Below are positions 47,520-56,481 of a DNA stretch of 64,000 bases, one piece after another. The position numbers were made by a program, and so were the translations under genes. Positions within the stretch are counted from its first letter, which is position 1. Every line of letters begins with the position of its first letter. The notes under the pieces were generated by a model, which saw only the letters and a program-made list of their open reading frames with translations, ran no database searches and had not been told where the DNA came from. The stretch comes from Steroidobacteraceae bacterium (GTDB taxonomy: Bacteria > Pseudomonadota > Gammaproteobacteria > Steroidobacterales > Steroidobacteraceae): assembly GCA_036834945.1 (NCBI GenBank), contig DAITMW010000001.1, forward strand, positions 24,454-88,453, written 5' to 3'.

Positions 47520-47813
47520 TGATCAGAGCAATTCAGCGGTTTTAGAATCTTTGGCGGTTGCCGCCTTTCGTCGCGCTTGGATTGGCCGATAGTCCACATG
47601 GAGGGGGCGCGGCATCCAGTACTCCTGATATTCTGTTAACTCAGAATCCTATGATTCTGTTGATGTTTTTGAGTTCGAATCGACAAAACCGATATAAACG
47701 ATTGACTCACTGCCTGCCGCTGACAAGTCGAGGGGTCGATCTAGCGACGGCGAGGACAGGACAAGGAGTCGGGCGCCTGCGGCGCCGGACGGGGACGCAC
47801 GGAAAACAGGAAC
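47520..47813. promoter_or_regulatory. AT-rich leader/promoter region upstream of the HTH-REC regulator, with short repeats
   Basis: 47621-47700 is about 35% GC by hand count. Inverted repeat ATTCTG-N6-CAGAAT at 47630-47647. ATTCTGTT recurs at 47630 and 47654. Confidence 0.25.
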
Positions 47814-48395
47814 ATGAAAAAACCAAAGCAGAAGACGCACCTGACTCCCAACGAAGTCGCGGAGTTGCTGATGGTGAACCCGGTGACAGTGCGCCAATGG
47901 GCGGCGCGCGGCCTGCTTCGATCCCTGACGACGCCCGGCGGGCATCGTCGCTTTCTGTTGAGCGATGTCGAGGAGTTCGCGCGTAGCCGCGGTGCAACAC
48001 CCGTGGCCCGGCATTCGGGGCGGCCTGATCGCGTTCTCATCGTGGACGACGACCTGAACCTCAGCCGGCTCATCCAGGGCCTCATCCAGGAGCGGGACGC
48101 GCACGTCGAGACCGAGCTCGCACACGACGGTTTCGAGGCAGGCGTGAAAGTGGAGTCCTTCCGCCCTCACGCCCTGGTGCTCGACCTCATGATGCCCGGG
48201 ATCGATGGGTTCGAGGTTTGCCGCCGCCTGCGGGCCCGGCCAACGCTCAACCACATCCGGATCATCGCGGTCACGGGCTTTGCCAGCCCCGAGAACGTCG
48301 ACCGCATTCTCGCCGCGGGCGCCGACGCTTGCCTGGAGAAGCCGATCGACTCCGAGCGCCTGCTGGCGGAGCTGGGACTGGTGGCCGAGGCGTAG
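47814..48395 (+). CDS. Response regulator with N-terminal excisionase/MerR-type HTH and C-terminal receiver domain
   Basis: 193 aa. LTPNEVAELLMVNPVTVRQWAARGLL..PGGHRRF (HTH_17-like), then a receiver with DDD, LVLDLMMPG, IIAVTG and LEKP. Confidence 0.8.
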   Translation: MKKPKQKTHLTPNEVAELLMVNPVTVRQWAARGLLRSLTTPGGHRRFLLSDVEEFARSRGATPVARHSGRPDRVLIVDDDLNLSRLIQGLIQERDAHVETELAHDGFEAGVKVESFRPHALVLDLMMPGIDGFEVCRRLRARPTLNHIRIIAVTGFASPENVDRILAAGADACLEKPIDSERLLAELGLVAEA

Positions 48396-48486
48396 CGCGG
48401 GACGGGTTGGGGGCACCGGGAGTCCCCGTCTGGGGATAGTGTTACGCTTGCTCGCTTGAGTGAGCCAAGCGAGTGTCTTCACGACG

Positions 48487-49065
48487 ATGCCCTTCGACCG
48501 CGACTACTACCAACGTTTTTATTACGACCCGCAGACCGCGGTCACGACCCGGCGCGAGATGCAGGGGCGGGCGCACCTCATTGCCGCCTTCGCAGAGCAT
48601 ACGGGGCTCCCGGTGCGCCGCATTCTCGACGCCGGATGTGGTACCGGCATGCTGCGAGTGCCGTTATTGCGGCGGCTGCCAGGTGCCCAGTACACGGGGC
48701 TCGAGACGAGCGAGTACTTGTGTGACCGCTATGGATGGGAGCAGGGAGAGATCGACAAATACCGGTCCCCGGCCCCCTTCGATCTCGTCATCTGCTACGA
48801 CGTCCTGCAATACCTCGATGCCGCCAGGGCCTCCCGCGCGATCGACAATTTCGCGCGCCTGACCCGCGGCATCCTGTACTTCAGCGCGCTGACGAAGCTG
48901 GATTGGGAATACAACTGTGATACAGAGCGCACCGATTCGGAGGTGCACTTGCGTACGGGTGACTGGTACCGGAAGCGCCTGCGTCAGAACTTCTCTGAAG
49001 CGGGAGTCGGTTTCTGGTTGCGCAAGGGCGCGCCGCTCACGCTCTGGGAGCTCGAGTCAGTTTGA
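48487..49065 (+). CDS. Class I SAM-dependent methyltransferase
   Basis: ILDAGCGTGML motif I. Start taken at the ATG at 48487 (MPFDRDYY); the GTG at 48460 is also possible. Confidence 0.7.
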   Translation: MPFDRDYYQRFYYDPQTAVTTRREMQGRAHLIAAFAEHTGLPVRRILDAGCGTGMLRVPLLRRLPGAQYTGLETSEYLCDRYGWEQGEIDKYRSPAPFDLVICYDVLQYLDAARASRAIDNFARLTRGILYFSALTKLDWEYNCDTERTDSEVHLRTGDWYRKRLRQNFSEAGVGFWLRKGAPLTLWELESV

Positions 49066-50459
49066 GGCCGGCTCTTGCCGTGGAAGAGCGGATAGAGGGG
49101 TATGCCCAGCAGAATGAGTGTGAGTGTGGCCACGGATTCCACCGGGCTGGTGATGAACGCGTTGACGACGATCCAACACATCACCAGCACAAATAACAGC
49201 GGCACGAACGGGTAACCCCAAACGCGGTACGGCCGTGGCGCATTCGGAAGCTTGCGCCTCAGGACAATGACCGAGAACACCACAGGGGCCCAGAAGATGG
49301 CGTACGAGAGTACCGCCATATTGGTGAGCTGATCGAAGGTGCCGGTCGCGGCAAGCAATGCGGCCCAGGTGCTCACCAACACAATGGAGATCAGCGGCAC
49401 CCGTGAATGCGGGCTCAGCTTGCCGAAGCTCGCGAAAAACAAACCATCTCGCGCCGCGGCATATGGAACACGTGCCCGTGCGAGGATCGTTCCGTTGAGA
49501 GCACCAACGGAAGACACGAGGAATATCAGCGCGGCGATCGGCGCCGCTTTCGTGCCGAGAAAGGTTTGCACCGCGCGAGCGGCGACGGAGGGCGCGTCCG
49601 GGTACGCCGTCGAGTTCGCCGTGGCGACCTGCGCAAACGGCAACGCGTAAAGGTAAGCCACGTTGATCAGCATATAGATCGCCAACACAATCAACGTGCC
49701 GCCGATGATGGCCCGCGGCAGATTGCGATCCGGTTGCTGCACCTCGCTCGCCGCCATCGGGAGGAACTGCCAGCCGCTGTAGGCCCACAGTGCGGCGAAC
49801 ATCGCGGCGCCGAACCCACTGAGTCCGCCATGGGTCGTCCCCGTGGGAGGCGCCAGGTTCGACCAGTCGTGCGTGGTCCCGAAAAGAAATACGCCCGCCG
49901 CCACACCCAGGATTGAGATCATTTTCGCCGCGGTGAGCATCGTCTGCACCCGGCCACCAAAAATGACACCAGCGCAGTTGATCAGACCGAACAGAGCAAT
50001 GACGGACACCGCGATCAGCTGCCGCAGTCCAAGCTGCAGCGTGTAAGTGGCCCCGAACACGTGCATCGTGTGCTCGAACCACACCCCTCCGAAGGGATAG
50101 ATGTCCGAGAGAAACACGGCGACCGCGGCACCGTAGGCCGAGATACTGGCGCCGCCGACGAGAAAGCTGTTGAAGACGTACAGAAACCCCGGCATCTCGC
50201 CGAAGGCGGCGCGCAGGTAGACGTATTCGCCCCCGGCATTGGGCAGCAGAGCGCCGAGCTCCGCGAAGCTCAAAGCGCCGAACATGGCTACGATGCCCGC
50301 AACGACCCACGCCCCCAGCACCAGCAAGGGCGTGCCGACGGCCTGCGCCATGACGGCCGACTTGAGAAAAATGCCGGTGCCGATCGTGATCCCGATGACC
50401 AACGAGGTGGCATGCAGCAGCGTGAGGTCGCGACGCGGTTGGGTGTGAAACGGGTCCAT
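48984..50459 (-). CDS. Amino acid permease (APC superfamily)
   Basis: Trimmed to the ATG at 50459 (MDPFHTQPRRDLTLLHATSLVIGITIGTGIF). About 12 TM segments. Confidence 0.8.
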   Translation of the reverse strand: MDPFHTQPRRDLTLLHATSLVIGITIGTGIFLKSAVMAQAVGTPLLVLGAWVVAGIVAMFGALSFAELGALLPNAGGEYVYLRAAFGEMPGFLYVFNSFLVGGASISAYGAAVAVFLSDIYPFGGVWFEHTMHVFGATYTLQLGLRQLIAVSVIALFGLINCAGVIFGGRVQTMLTAAKMISILGVAAGVFLFGTTHDWSNLAPPTGTTHGGLSGFGAAMFAALWAYSGWQFLPMAASEVQQPDRNLPRAIIGGTLIVLAIYMLINVAYLYALPFAQVATANSTAYPDAPSVAARAVQTFLGTKAAPIAALIFLVSSVGALNGTILARARVPYAAARDGLFFASFGKLSPHSRVPLISIVLVSTWAALLAATGTFDQLTNMAVLSYAIFWAPVVFSVIVLRRKLPNAPRPYRVWGYPFVPLLFVLVMCWIVVNAFITSPVESVATLTLILLGIPLYPLFHGKSRPQTDSSSQSVSGAPLRNQKPTPASEKF

Positions 50460-50505
50460 GTGGCGTGACGTACAATATCCACCCGGAAGCCGTAGGGAAA
50501 GACTC

Positions 50506-50982
50506 ATGTCCGCACAGGCACACAAGGTCGAGGTCCGATGGTCACGTGGCGAGGCCATATTCACGGACAATCGGTACAGCCGTGGGCACACCTGGCATTT
50601 CGACGGCGGTGTCGAGGTCCCCGCGTCCTCCTCGCCGCACGTAGTGCGCGTGCCCTACTCCGTAGCCGCCGCGGTGGATCCTGAAGAGGCCTTCGTCGCC
50701 GCGATCTCGAGCTGCCACATGCTGTGGTTTCTGTCGCTCGCCGCGGACGCGGGGTTTCGCGTCGACCAGTACCTGGACGAGGCGGTCGGCGTCATGGGCA
50801 GGAATGCGGCCGGCAAGACTGCCGTGACGCGCGTAACGCTGCAGCCGCGTGTTACTTTCTCCGGCGAGAAGTTACCGACGCGAGCCCGGATCGACGAGTT
50901 GCATCACAAGGCCCACGAAGAATGCTTCATTGCGAACTCGGTGACGACCGAAATACTCTGCGAGTCGGTGCACGACGCTTGA
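50506..50982 (+). CDS. OsmC family protein
   Basis: Trimmed to the ATG at 50506. Two conserved Cys contexts (ISSCHMLWF, HEECFIANS). Confidence 0.7.
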   Translation: MSAQAHKVEVRWSRGEAIFTDNRYSRGHTWHFDGGVEVPASSSPHVVRVPYSVAAAVDPEEAFVAAISSCHMLWFLSLAADAGFRVDQYLDEAVGVMGRNAAGKTAVTRVTLQPRVTFSGEKLPTRARIDELHHKAHEECFIANSVTTEILCESVHDA

Positions 50983-51066
50983 ACAGGTTTTCATACCCGG
51001 CGTCCTCGCCGGCTATGCTTACGAGCTTCGCTTCGTCGCGAAGCGAGTCCGTCCTGCGCGCAGCGC

Positions 51067-51459
51067 ATGACTAGAATTGTTACTTTCCGCGGCGGAGTCA
51101 GTTGCCGTCGCGAATCCGGAGGACCCCTGGGCCTGACCCTCATAGGCTGGACGTCGGATCATCCCGACGAGCGGGTGTCTCTGGCGTTCAGTGGGCCCTG
51201 CCCCGAAACGATACCGGACGTGTTGGAAGACCCGATCGTCGACCGCATCGATGAGAGGCACTACCGGATCGCGAGCGCGCCCCGAGAGTGGATCATCGAG
51301 GCCAGTGCCACCCACCTGCACCGCGAGATTGCCACGACGTTCTATCGGGCCATCCCGCCCCGAGTAGCACCCAGGAGCAAGCGCTTGTTCTGGCGCGTCG
51401 TGCTCGGCCTGGCAGCGAGCCCCTGGGGCAAGCGCCTATTGCTGGCTCTGCGCCGATAG
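51067..51459 (+). CDS. Hypothetical protein
   Basis: 130 aa with coding-like composition and a basic/hydrophobic C-terminus (LFWRVVLGLAASPWGKRLLLALRR). No family recognised. Confidence 0.4.
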   Translation: MTRIVTFRGGVSCRRESGGPLGLTLIGWTSDHPDERVSLAFSGPCPETIPDVLEDPIVDRIDERHYRIASAPREWIIEASATHLHREIATTFYRAIPPRVAPRSKRLFWRVVLGLAASPWGKRLLLALRR

Positions 51460-52575
51460 TTGCTCTGGCGCGGAAAAACGCCCCGTGCCCACGAGCGAGG
51501 CATACGCCATCATCTGCGCCTGAAACGCCTTCTGCCAGGTGAATCGACGTAATACGCGCTCACGTGCTGTATTGCCGATGGCCTCGATGTCCCGCTCGTA
51601 CAGCGCCGCGATCGCCTCCGCCATGCTCGTAGCGCTACAAGGCTCCGTCAGCAGCCCTACGCTCTCATCGACGAATTCCGGAATCGCGCTCGCCCGAGCG
51701 GCGACCACAGGCCGTCCGCAGGACATGGCCTCGAGGACGACCAGGCCGAAAGTCTCCTTCGTGCCCGCATGCACGAGTGCATCCGCGGATGCGAGCCAGC
51801 GCGCAAGCTCCAGGCTGTCGCGGCGGTAGGGCATCATCGTCACGTTCGCGGTCGGTCGCGCGCGGCGGTCGCCGCCGATCATCAACAGATGATAGGGCGG
51901 ACCGAGGCGAGCGAAGGCCTGCAGTAGTACCGGCAGGTTTTTCTCTCCAGCGAAACGCCCGGCGTAGACGAGCACGCGAGCATTCGCCGGCAATCCCAGC
52001 CTCTTGCGCAATCCGTCGGAGCGCCGACTGGGATGGAAGATCTCGGCATCCACCCCCAGGGGCTGATAAACCGTGTGCGGCACCCCCATGCCGTTCAGCA
52101 GCTCGCACATCAACCGGCTCGGCGCGAATACAACGTCGAACCTCTCATAGAGCCAACGCAGATAGCGGCACAGTGCGCGCTCGGTGAATTTGCCACCCAG
52201 GCGCTTGCCCACGATCTGCGGGATATTGGAATGATAGAAAGCCGCGATCGGGATGCCGCGCCGTTCCGCCACACGCCAGGCGCCCCATGCGGGTTGGAAG
52301 GCGTCACCGGCTTCGATGAGACTCGGCTGCAGCGCATCCAGCATCCGGGTCCAGCGCCTCGGGCTCAGTGGGAGCCGATAGTTGAAGGTGCCGGGAACTG
52401 GGAAACCCGCGAGCGTGCACACCTCGCCCGGCTCGAAATGATCCTCCTTGGCCGGCACGACCAGGGTGTGCTTCCAGGAGGTATTCGCGCGAAGCCAGGA
52501 GTGCTTGGCGGTCAGATATCTTTTTACGCCGCCGCTGGTGGGAGAATAGAAGAGGGTCGTATCGACGAGATGCAT
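51436..52575 (-). CDS. Glycosyltransferase family 4 (GT-B)
   Basis: MHLVDTTLFYSPTSGGVKRYL N-terminus. EAMSCGRPVVAARASAIPEFV (E-x7-E). An alternative GTG start lies at 52584. Confidence 0.8.
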   Translation of the reverse strand: MHLVDTTLFYSPTSGGVKRYLTAKHSWLRANTSWKHTLVVPAKEDHFEPGEVCTLAGFPVPGTFNYRLPLSPRRWTRMLDALQPSLIEAGDAFQPAWGAWRVAERRGIPIAAFYHSNIPQIVGKRLGGKFTERALCRYLRWLYERFDVVFAPSRLMCELLNGMGVPHTVYQPLGVDAEIFHPSRRSDGLRKRLGLPANARVLVYAGRFAGEKNLPVLLQAFARLGPPYHLLMIGGDRRARPTANVTMMPYRRDSLELARWLASADALVHAGTKETFGLVVLEAMSCGRPVVAARASAIPEFVDESVGLLTEPCSATSMAEAIAALYERDIEAIGNTARERVLRRFTWQKAFQAQMMAYASLVGTGRFSAPEQLSAQSQQ

Positions 52576-52742
52576 AGGTTCCACTGCGTCTTCGACCCCT
52601 TGCCTGCCAGCAAGCTCCGGGCCTGCATTGCACCTTTATGAGGATGCAGTGTCAAGGCGGCGCCGGCGCCTGCCTGTCAGGGCAGCGACCTTTAGGGTAC
52701 TGTGTGTACGAGCTTGTAGCTTTGGCAGGCAGGTGAGTTGCC

Positions 52743-53129
52743 ATGATCGATCACACGGGAGTCGCGGTCAGCGACTTCGAGAAGAGCAAGGCGTTTTATC
52801 GCGCGGCGCTCGAGCCGATCGGCTACGAGCTGTTGATGGAGTTTCCCGCTTCCGTGACCGGCCACGCGGACGTTGCAGGTTTCGGTGAGCCACCGAAAGC
52901 CGACTTCTGGATCAACCGTGGCAGTCCGAACAGCCCTGCTGTGCACGTGGCGTTCCGAGTGCGCAGCCGCGCTCTCGTGGACGCATTCCACGCGGCCGGC
53001 GTTGCCGCGGGCGGACGCTCGAACGGCGCCCCTGGTCTGCGCCCGCACTATCATGCGGACTACTACGGAGCCTTCGTACTCGACCCCGACGGACACAATA
53101 TCGAAGTGGTCTGTCACGAGCCCGCATAA
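52743..53129 (+). CDS. VOC (glyoxalase/bleomycin-resistance/dioxygenase) family protein
   Basis: 128 aa with IDHTGVAVSDFEKSKAFY and ..DPDGHNIEVV. Confidence 0.8.
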   Translation: MIDHTGVAVSDFEKSKAFYRAALEPIGYELLMEFPASVTGHADVAGFGEPPKADFWINRGSPNSPAVHVAFRVRSRALVDAFHAAGVAAGGRSNGAPGLRPHYHADYYGAFVLDPDGHNIEVVCHEPA

Positions 53130-53322
53130 AATTCAGGCCACGCTAACGGTCTAAAAGCAACGTCCGTCAGGGCTTGCGACCGATAGCCGCACCCGCCGCA
53201 ACCGGCAAGCGGACAGCTGCAGAAGTAGGGGTCCGGGCCAGCAGCCCGACGGTGTCACCCGTCACGGCATTGCGTGAGAATGCGCGGCCGATTGACGCTA
53301 TTTCGAATCTACGGAGATGTAA

Positions 53323-54690
53323 ATGCCAGATAACTCGAAGCCCGGTGAAGAGGGCGGCTCGCCGTCGCTGCTTGCCCGGCTGCTCGGGCGCACCACGCAG
53401 ATCGACCGTAAGGAGATGCCGGCGGTTGTCGCCTCGTTCCTGTTGATCTTCTGCGTGATGTGCGGGTACTTCGCAGTGCGCTCCGTTCGCGAGACCGCGG
53501 GAACGTTCCTGGGCAAGGAGCGAGTCGCGAATCTCTTCCTCATCACGTGGATCGCGTCTCTCGCCATCGTCCCGGCCTACGGCTGGGTCGTCGCCCGGTT
53601 CCGCCGCGCGGTCTTCCTGCCGATCATCTATGGGTTGGTGGCTGTAGCGTTGGCTGTCGTCGGCGTGATGTTGAGCGCCGATCCGCAGAACGTGTTCGTG
53701 ATGGAATTCTTCTACGTGATGATCAGCGTGTTGAATCTCTTCATGCTGTCGGTCTTCTGGGGCTTCCTCCTCGAGATTTTCGCGAAGGAGCAGACGAAGC
53801 GGCTGTTCGGTGTGATCGCCGCGGGCGGCTCCGCCGGCGCGTTGGTCGGCCCGTGGCTGACCACCCTCACGGTGAAGAGTATCGGCAATTCCGGAATTCT
53901 CTATCTCGGCGCGTCGTTGTTCGTGGTCGCGATCCTCTGTCAGCGTGCCCTGTTGACTGTCTGGCACCGCTCGCAGCAGACGCACGAGGTGGTGGTCGGC
54001 GATGACAAGCCGGTTGGCGGTAATCCGCTCCTCGATGGCGCGCGGCTGCTGTTCACCTCGCCCTACCTGTTGGGCATCGCATTCTTCGTGATCCTGTTGT
54101 CCTCGGTGAGCACCTTCCTGTACTTCGAGCAGCTGCGCATCGTCTCCGAGACGTTCAAGAGCTCGGCGGAGCGCACGCAGGTCTTCGCGGTGATGGATGC
54201 GATCGTGCAGACCGCGACCCTTTTGTTACAGCTGTTCGTCACCGGCCGGATCGCGACTCGCCTCGGCATCACCACGCTGCTCGTCATCGTGCCGTTCGCG
54301 ATGATCTTCGGCTTCCTGGGGTTGGCCGCTGTAGGCACCTTCGGCATGCTGGCCTTCGTGTTCTGCGCGCGCCGTATCGGTGAGTACGCCTTCGTACGCC
54401 CAGGCCGCGAGATGCTCTTCTCGACGCTGAGCACGGAAGACCGATATCGCGTGAAACACGTCATCGACGTCCCGGTATACCGCGGCGGCGACGCGCTTTC
54501 GAGCCAGGTCGACAGTCTTCTTGGTAATGCGGGAATGTCGCCCGCCAAGGTTGCCGTGGTGGGCTCGGGACTGGCGGCGCTTTGGATGTTGAATGCGTGG
54601 TGGCTCGGCCGGCGGCACGACAGTCAAGAGGTCGCGCGTGCCGCCGCCCAGGGCCGTGCCGGTACAGTGGCCGCTTCAGGCCACGGCTGA
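53323..54690 (+). CDS. MFS-type transporter, Npt/TLC (nucleotide-exchange)-like
   Basis: 455 aa with about 12 TM segments. The N-terminal pattern EMPAVVASFLLIFCVMCGYFAVRSVRE resembles TLC/Npt-like MFS proteins. The subfamily is uncertain. Confidence 0.5.
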   Translation: MPDNSKPGEEGGSPSLLARLLGRTTQIDRKEMPAVVASFLLIFCVMCGYFAVRSVRETAGTFLGKERVANLFLITWIASLAIVPAYGWVVARFRRAVFLPIIYGLVAVALAVVGVMLSADPQNVFVMEFFYVMISVLNLFMLSVFWGFLLEIFAKEQTKRLFGVIAAGGSAGALVGPWLTTLTVKSIGNSGILYLGASLFVVAILCQRALLTVWHRSQQTHEVVVGDDKPVGGNPLLDGARLLFTSPYLLGIAFFVILLSSVSTFLYFEQLRIVSETFKSSAERTQVFAVMDAIVQTATLLLQLFVTGRIATRLGITTLLVIVPFAMIFGFLGLAAVGTFGMLAFVFCARRIGEYAFVRPGREMLFSTLSTEDRYRVKHVIDVPVYRGGDALSSQVDSLLGNAGMSPAKVAVVGSGLAALWMLNAWWLGRRHDSQEVARAAAQGRAGTVAASGHG

Positions 54691-56481
54691 TTCGACATCC
54701 AGGGACATCGCGGCCCGTAGCTCTGCTATGGCCGCGATGATCTCCTCCGCCTTCACAAAGCGCTCGTTGCGATTCTTGGCCGCGAGCTTGTGGAGGAAGG
54801 TCTCGTAGCGGGAAAGCGAGTGAGGCAGCGGTGGAAGCGGCGAGTTCACGTGTTGCTGCAACACTTCCATCGCCGTGGCGCCCGTGTAGGGCTTCCTGCC
54901 CGTCAGCATCTCGTAAAACATGATTCCGAGGCTGTAGAAATCCGACCGCTCGTCGAGCTGCTCGCCCTGCGCCTGTTCCGGACTCATGTAGTAAGGTGAC
55001 CCACGCAATACGCCTGTGCGTGTGCTCGGTGTACTGCCATCCAGCGCGCGCGCGAGTCCGAAGTCGATGAGTGCGACTTCGTCGTTATCTCGCAGCATGA
55101 CATTCGGTGGCTTCAGGTCGCGGTGCAGGAGTCCGGCGTTGTGGACAACACGCAGCGCGGAGGCGATCTGCTCGGTATAGCGGAGCGCCTCGGCCTCCTT
55201 CAGGCCCGCCTGCATGCGGGACTTCAGGTCCCCGCGCAACAGGTACTCCATGGCCAGGTACTCGAAGCCGGCATGCACACCGTAGTCGTAGATCTGCACG
55301 ACCAACGGATCGCGAATGGCGATGATCGCCGTGTATTCGCGCTCGAGGAACTGCCGTCCGGCCGCCTCATCCCGTAGCGTCTTGCTGACTTTCAGAGCAA
55401 CGTTCGCACCGAGGGAGATGCTGGTGGCGAGGTAGACGACCGCCTTCTCGGACTCGCCGATTTTCATCTTGATGATGTAGCCGGGAATGAACTCCGCCGT
55501 CACGGGCGGCGCTGGTGTCCCCGAGCGCTTGCCATTCGAGAGCCGGCTGCCGCCACGCGACTTCGCATCCCCGGCAACGATGCTACCGGTGAAAGAAGGG
55601 TCCAGAGGCTTGCCCGCGGCCTTGCTGGCCGCTTCGGCCGCGAGCAGCGCGGCAGCGCCCGCGGAGTTCAGAATGGCTTCCAGTTGGCCCGGCGCCATCA
55701 GTTGGGTCGCCGCTGCGGAGTTGTCCGGCGCGCTGCGCTCAGTGATCGCAGCCGCGGACGCCGCCGGCGCCTCTCCCACCGACTTGGCAGCCACCGACGC
55801 CGTCGGCGCTTCAGTCGCCGCTGACGCCGCCGTCGCAGCCACCAACGCATTGACGTCTAAGGGCGACTCAACCGCCGGCGACTCCACAGCCCCTTCCACT
55901 GCCACACTCACCCTGGCAGCCGACGCCTTGGGCGGCACCGCAGGGGTCAGTGTCATCGAAGCCCAGGTCTCCGCCGCGGTAGCGTGATCCAACTTCGCAG
56001 CCTCCGGTGGAGGCGTCACGTCAACATGCACGAGCGACTGCAACTTGCGCTGTACGCGCTTCTCGATCCGCCGCAACGCCAGGCGCACGGACGTACTCAA
56101 GCGCTCAGGCGTCAACAGCCGCTTTGGCAGATAGTCGACCGCACCGAGCTGCAGCGCCCGCACGGCCGTGAGCTCGTTGCCGTCTTCGGCCAACGAAATC
56201 ACCGCCGGAAAGACAGGTCTGCTGCGCAAGTGTCGCAGCTGAGCGAGACCCTGCGACTTCGGATCCTCGGGGCTCGACCCGAACAAGGCGCAGAGCAACA
56301 GAATGTCGCAATCACGGCCCGAGTCGGTCTCGCACCAACGCTCGAAGCCAGCCTGGTTGAGCACCGTTACGGTCGAATCCGGACAGAACACCCCCAGGTG
56401 GTGACCGAGCCATTGCCCGTAGCGGGGGTCGTCATCGACCACCAGCAATCGGGGAGGGGTGGTTGTGCGTTTGACTGTCAC
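54676..56481 (-). CDS. Receiver-domain :: Hanks-type Ser/Thr protein kinase fusion
   Basis: The GTG at 56481 overlaps the upstream TGA (GTGA). N-terminal REC-like domain (LLVVDDDP, VISLAED, DYLPKR), an Ala/Pro-rich linker, then a kinase with VALKVSK, HRDLKPPNVML, DFGLAR and SPYYMSPEQ. Confidence 0.8.
   Translation of the reverse strand: MTVKRTTTPPRLLVVDDDPRYGQWLGHHLGVFCPDSTVTVLNQAGFERWCETDSGRDCDILLLCALFGSSPEDPKSQGLAQLRHLRSRPVFPAVISLAEDGNELTAVRALQLGAVDYLPKRLLTPERLSTSVRLALRRIEKRVQRKLQSLVHVDVTPPPEAAKLDHATAAETWASMTLTPAVPPKASAARVSVAVEGAVESPAVESPLDVNALVAATAASAATEAPTASVAAKSVGEAPAASAAAITERSAPDNSAAATQLMAPGQLEAILNSAGAAALLAAEAASKAAGKPLDPSFTGSIVAGDAKSRGGSRLSNGKRSGTPAPPVTAEFIPGYIIKMKIGESEKAVVYLATSISLGANVALKVSKTLRDEAAGRQFLEREYTAIIAIRDPLVVQIYDYGVHAGFEYLAMEYLLRGDLKSRMQAGLKEAEALRYTEQIASALRVVHNAGLLHRDLKPPNVMLRDNDEVALIDFGLARALDGSTPSTRTGVLRGSPYYMSPEQAQGEQLDERSDFYSLGIMFYEMLTGRKPYTGATAMEVLQQHVNSPLPPLPHSLSRYETFLHKLAAKNRNERFVKAEEIIAAIAELRAAMSLDVESAVA

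Noticed and set aside
47814-47990. Excisionase-family HTH as a marker of a prophage or integrative element.
   Set aside because: The HTH is fused in frame to a complete receiver domain. No integrase, att-like repeats or phage genes are nearby.
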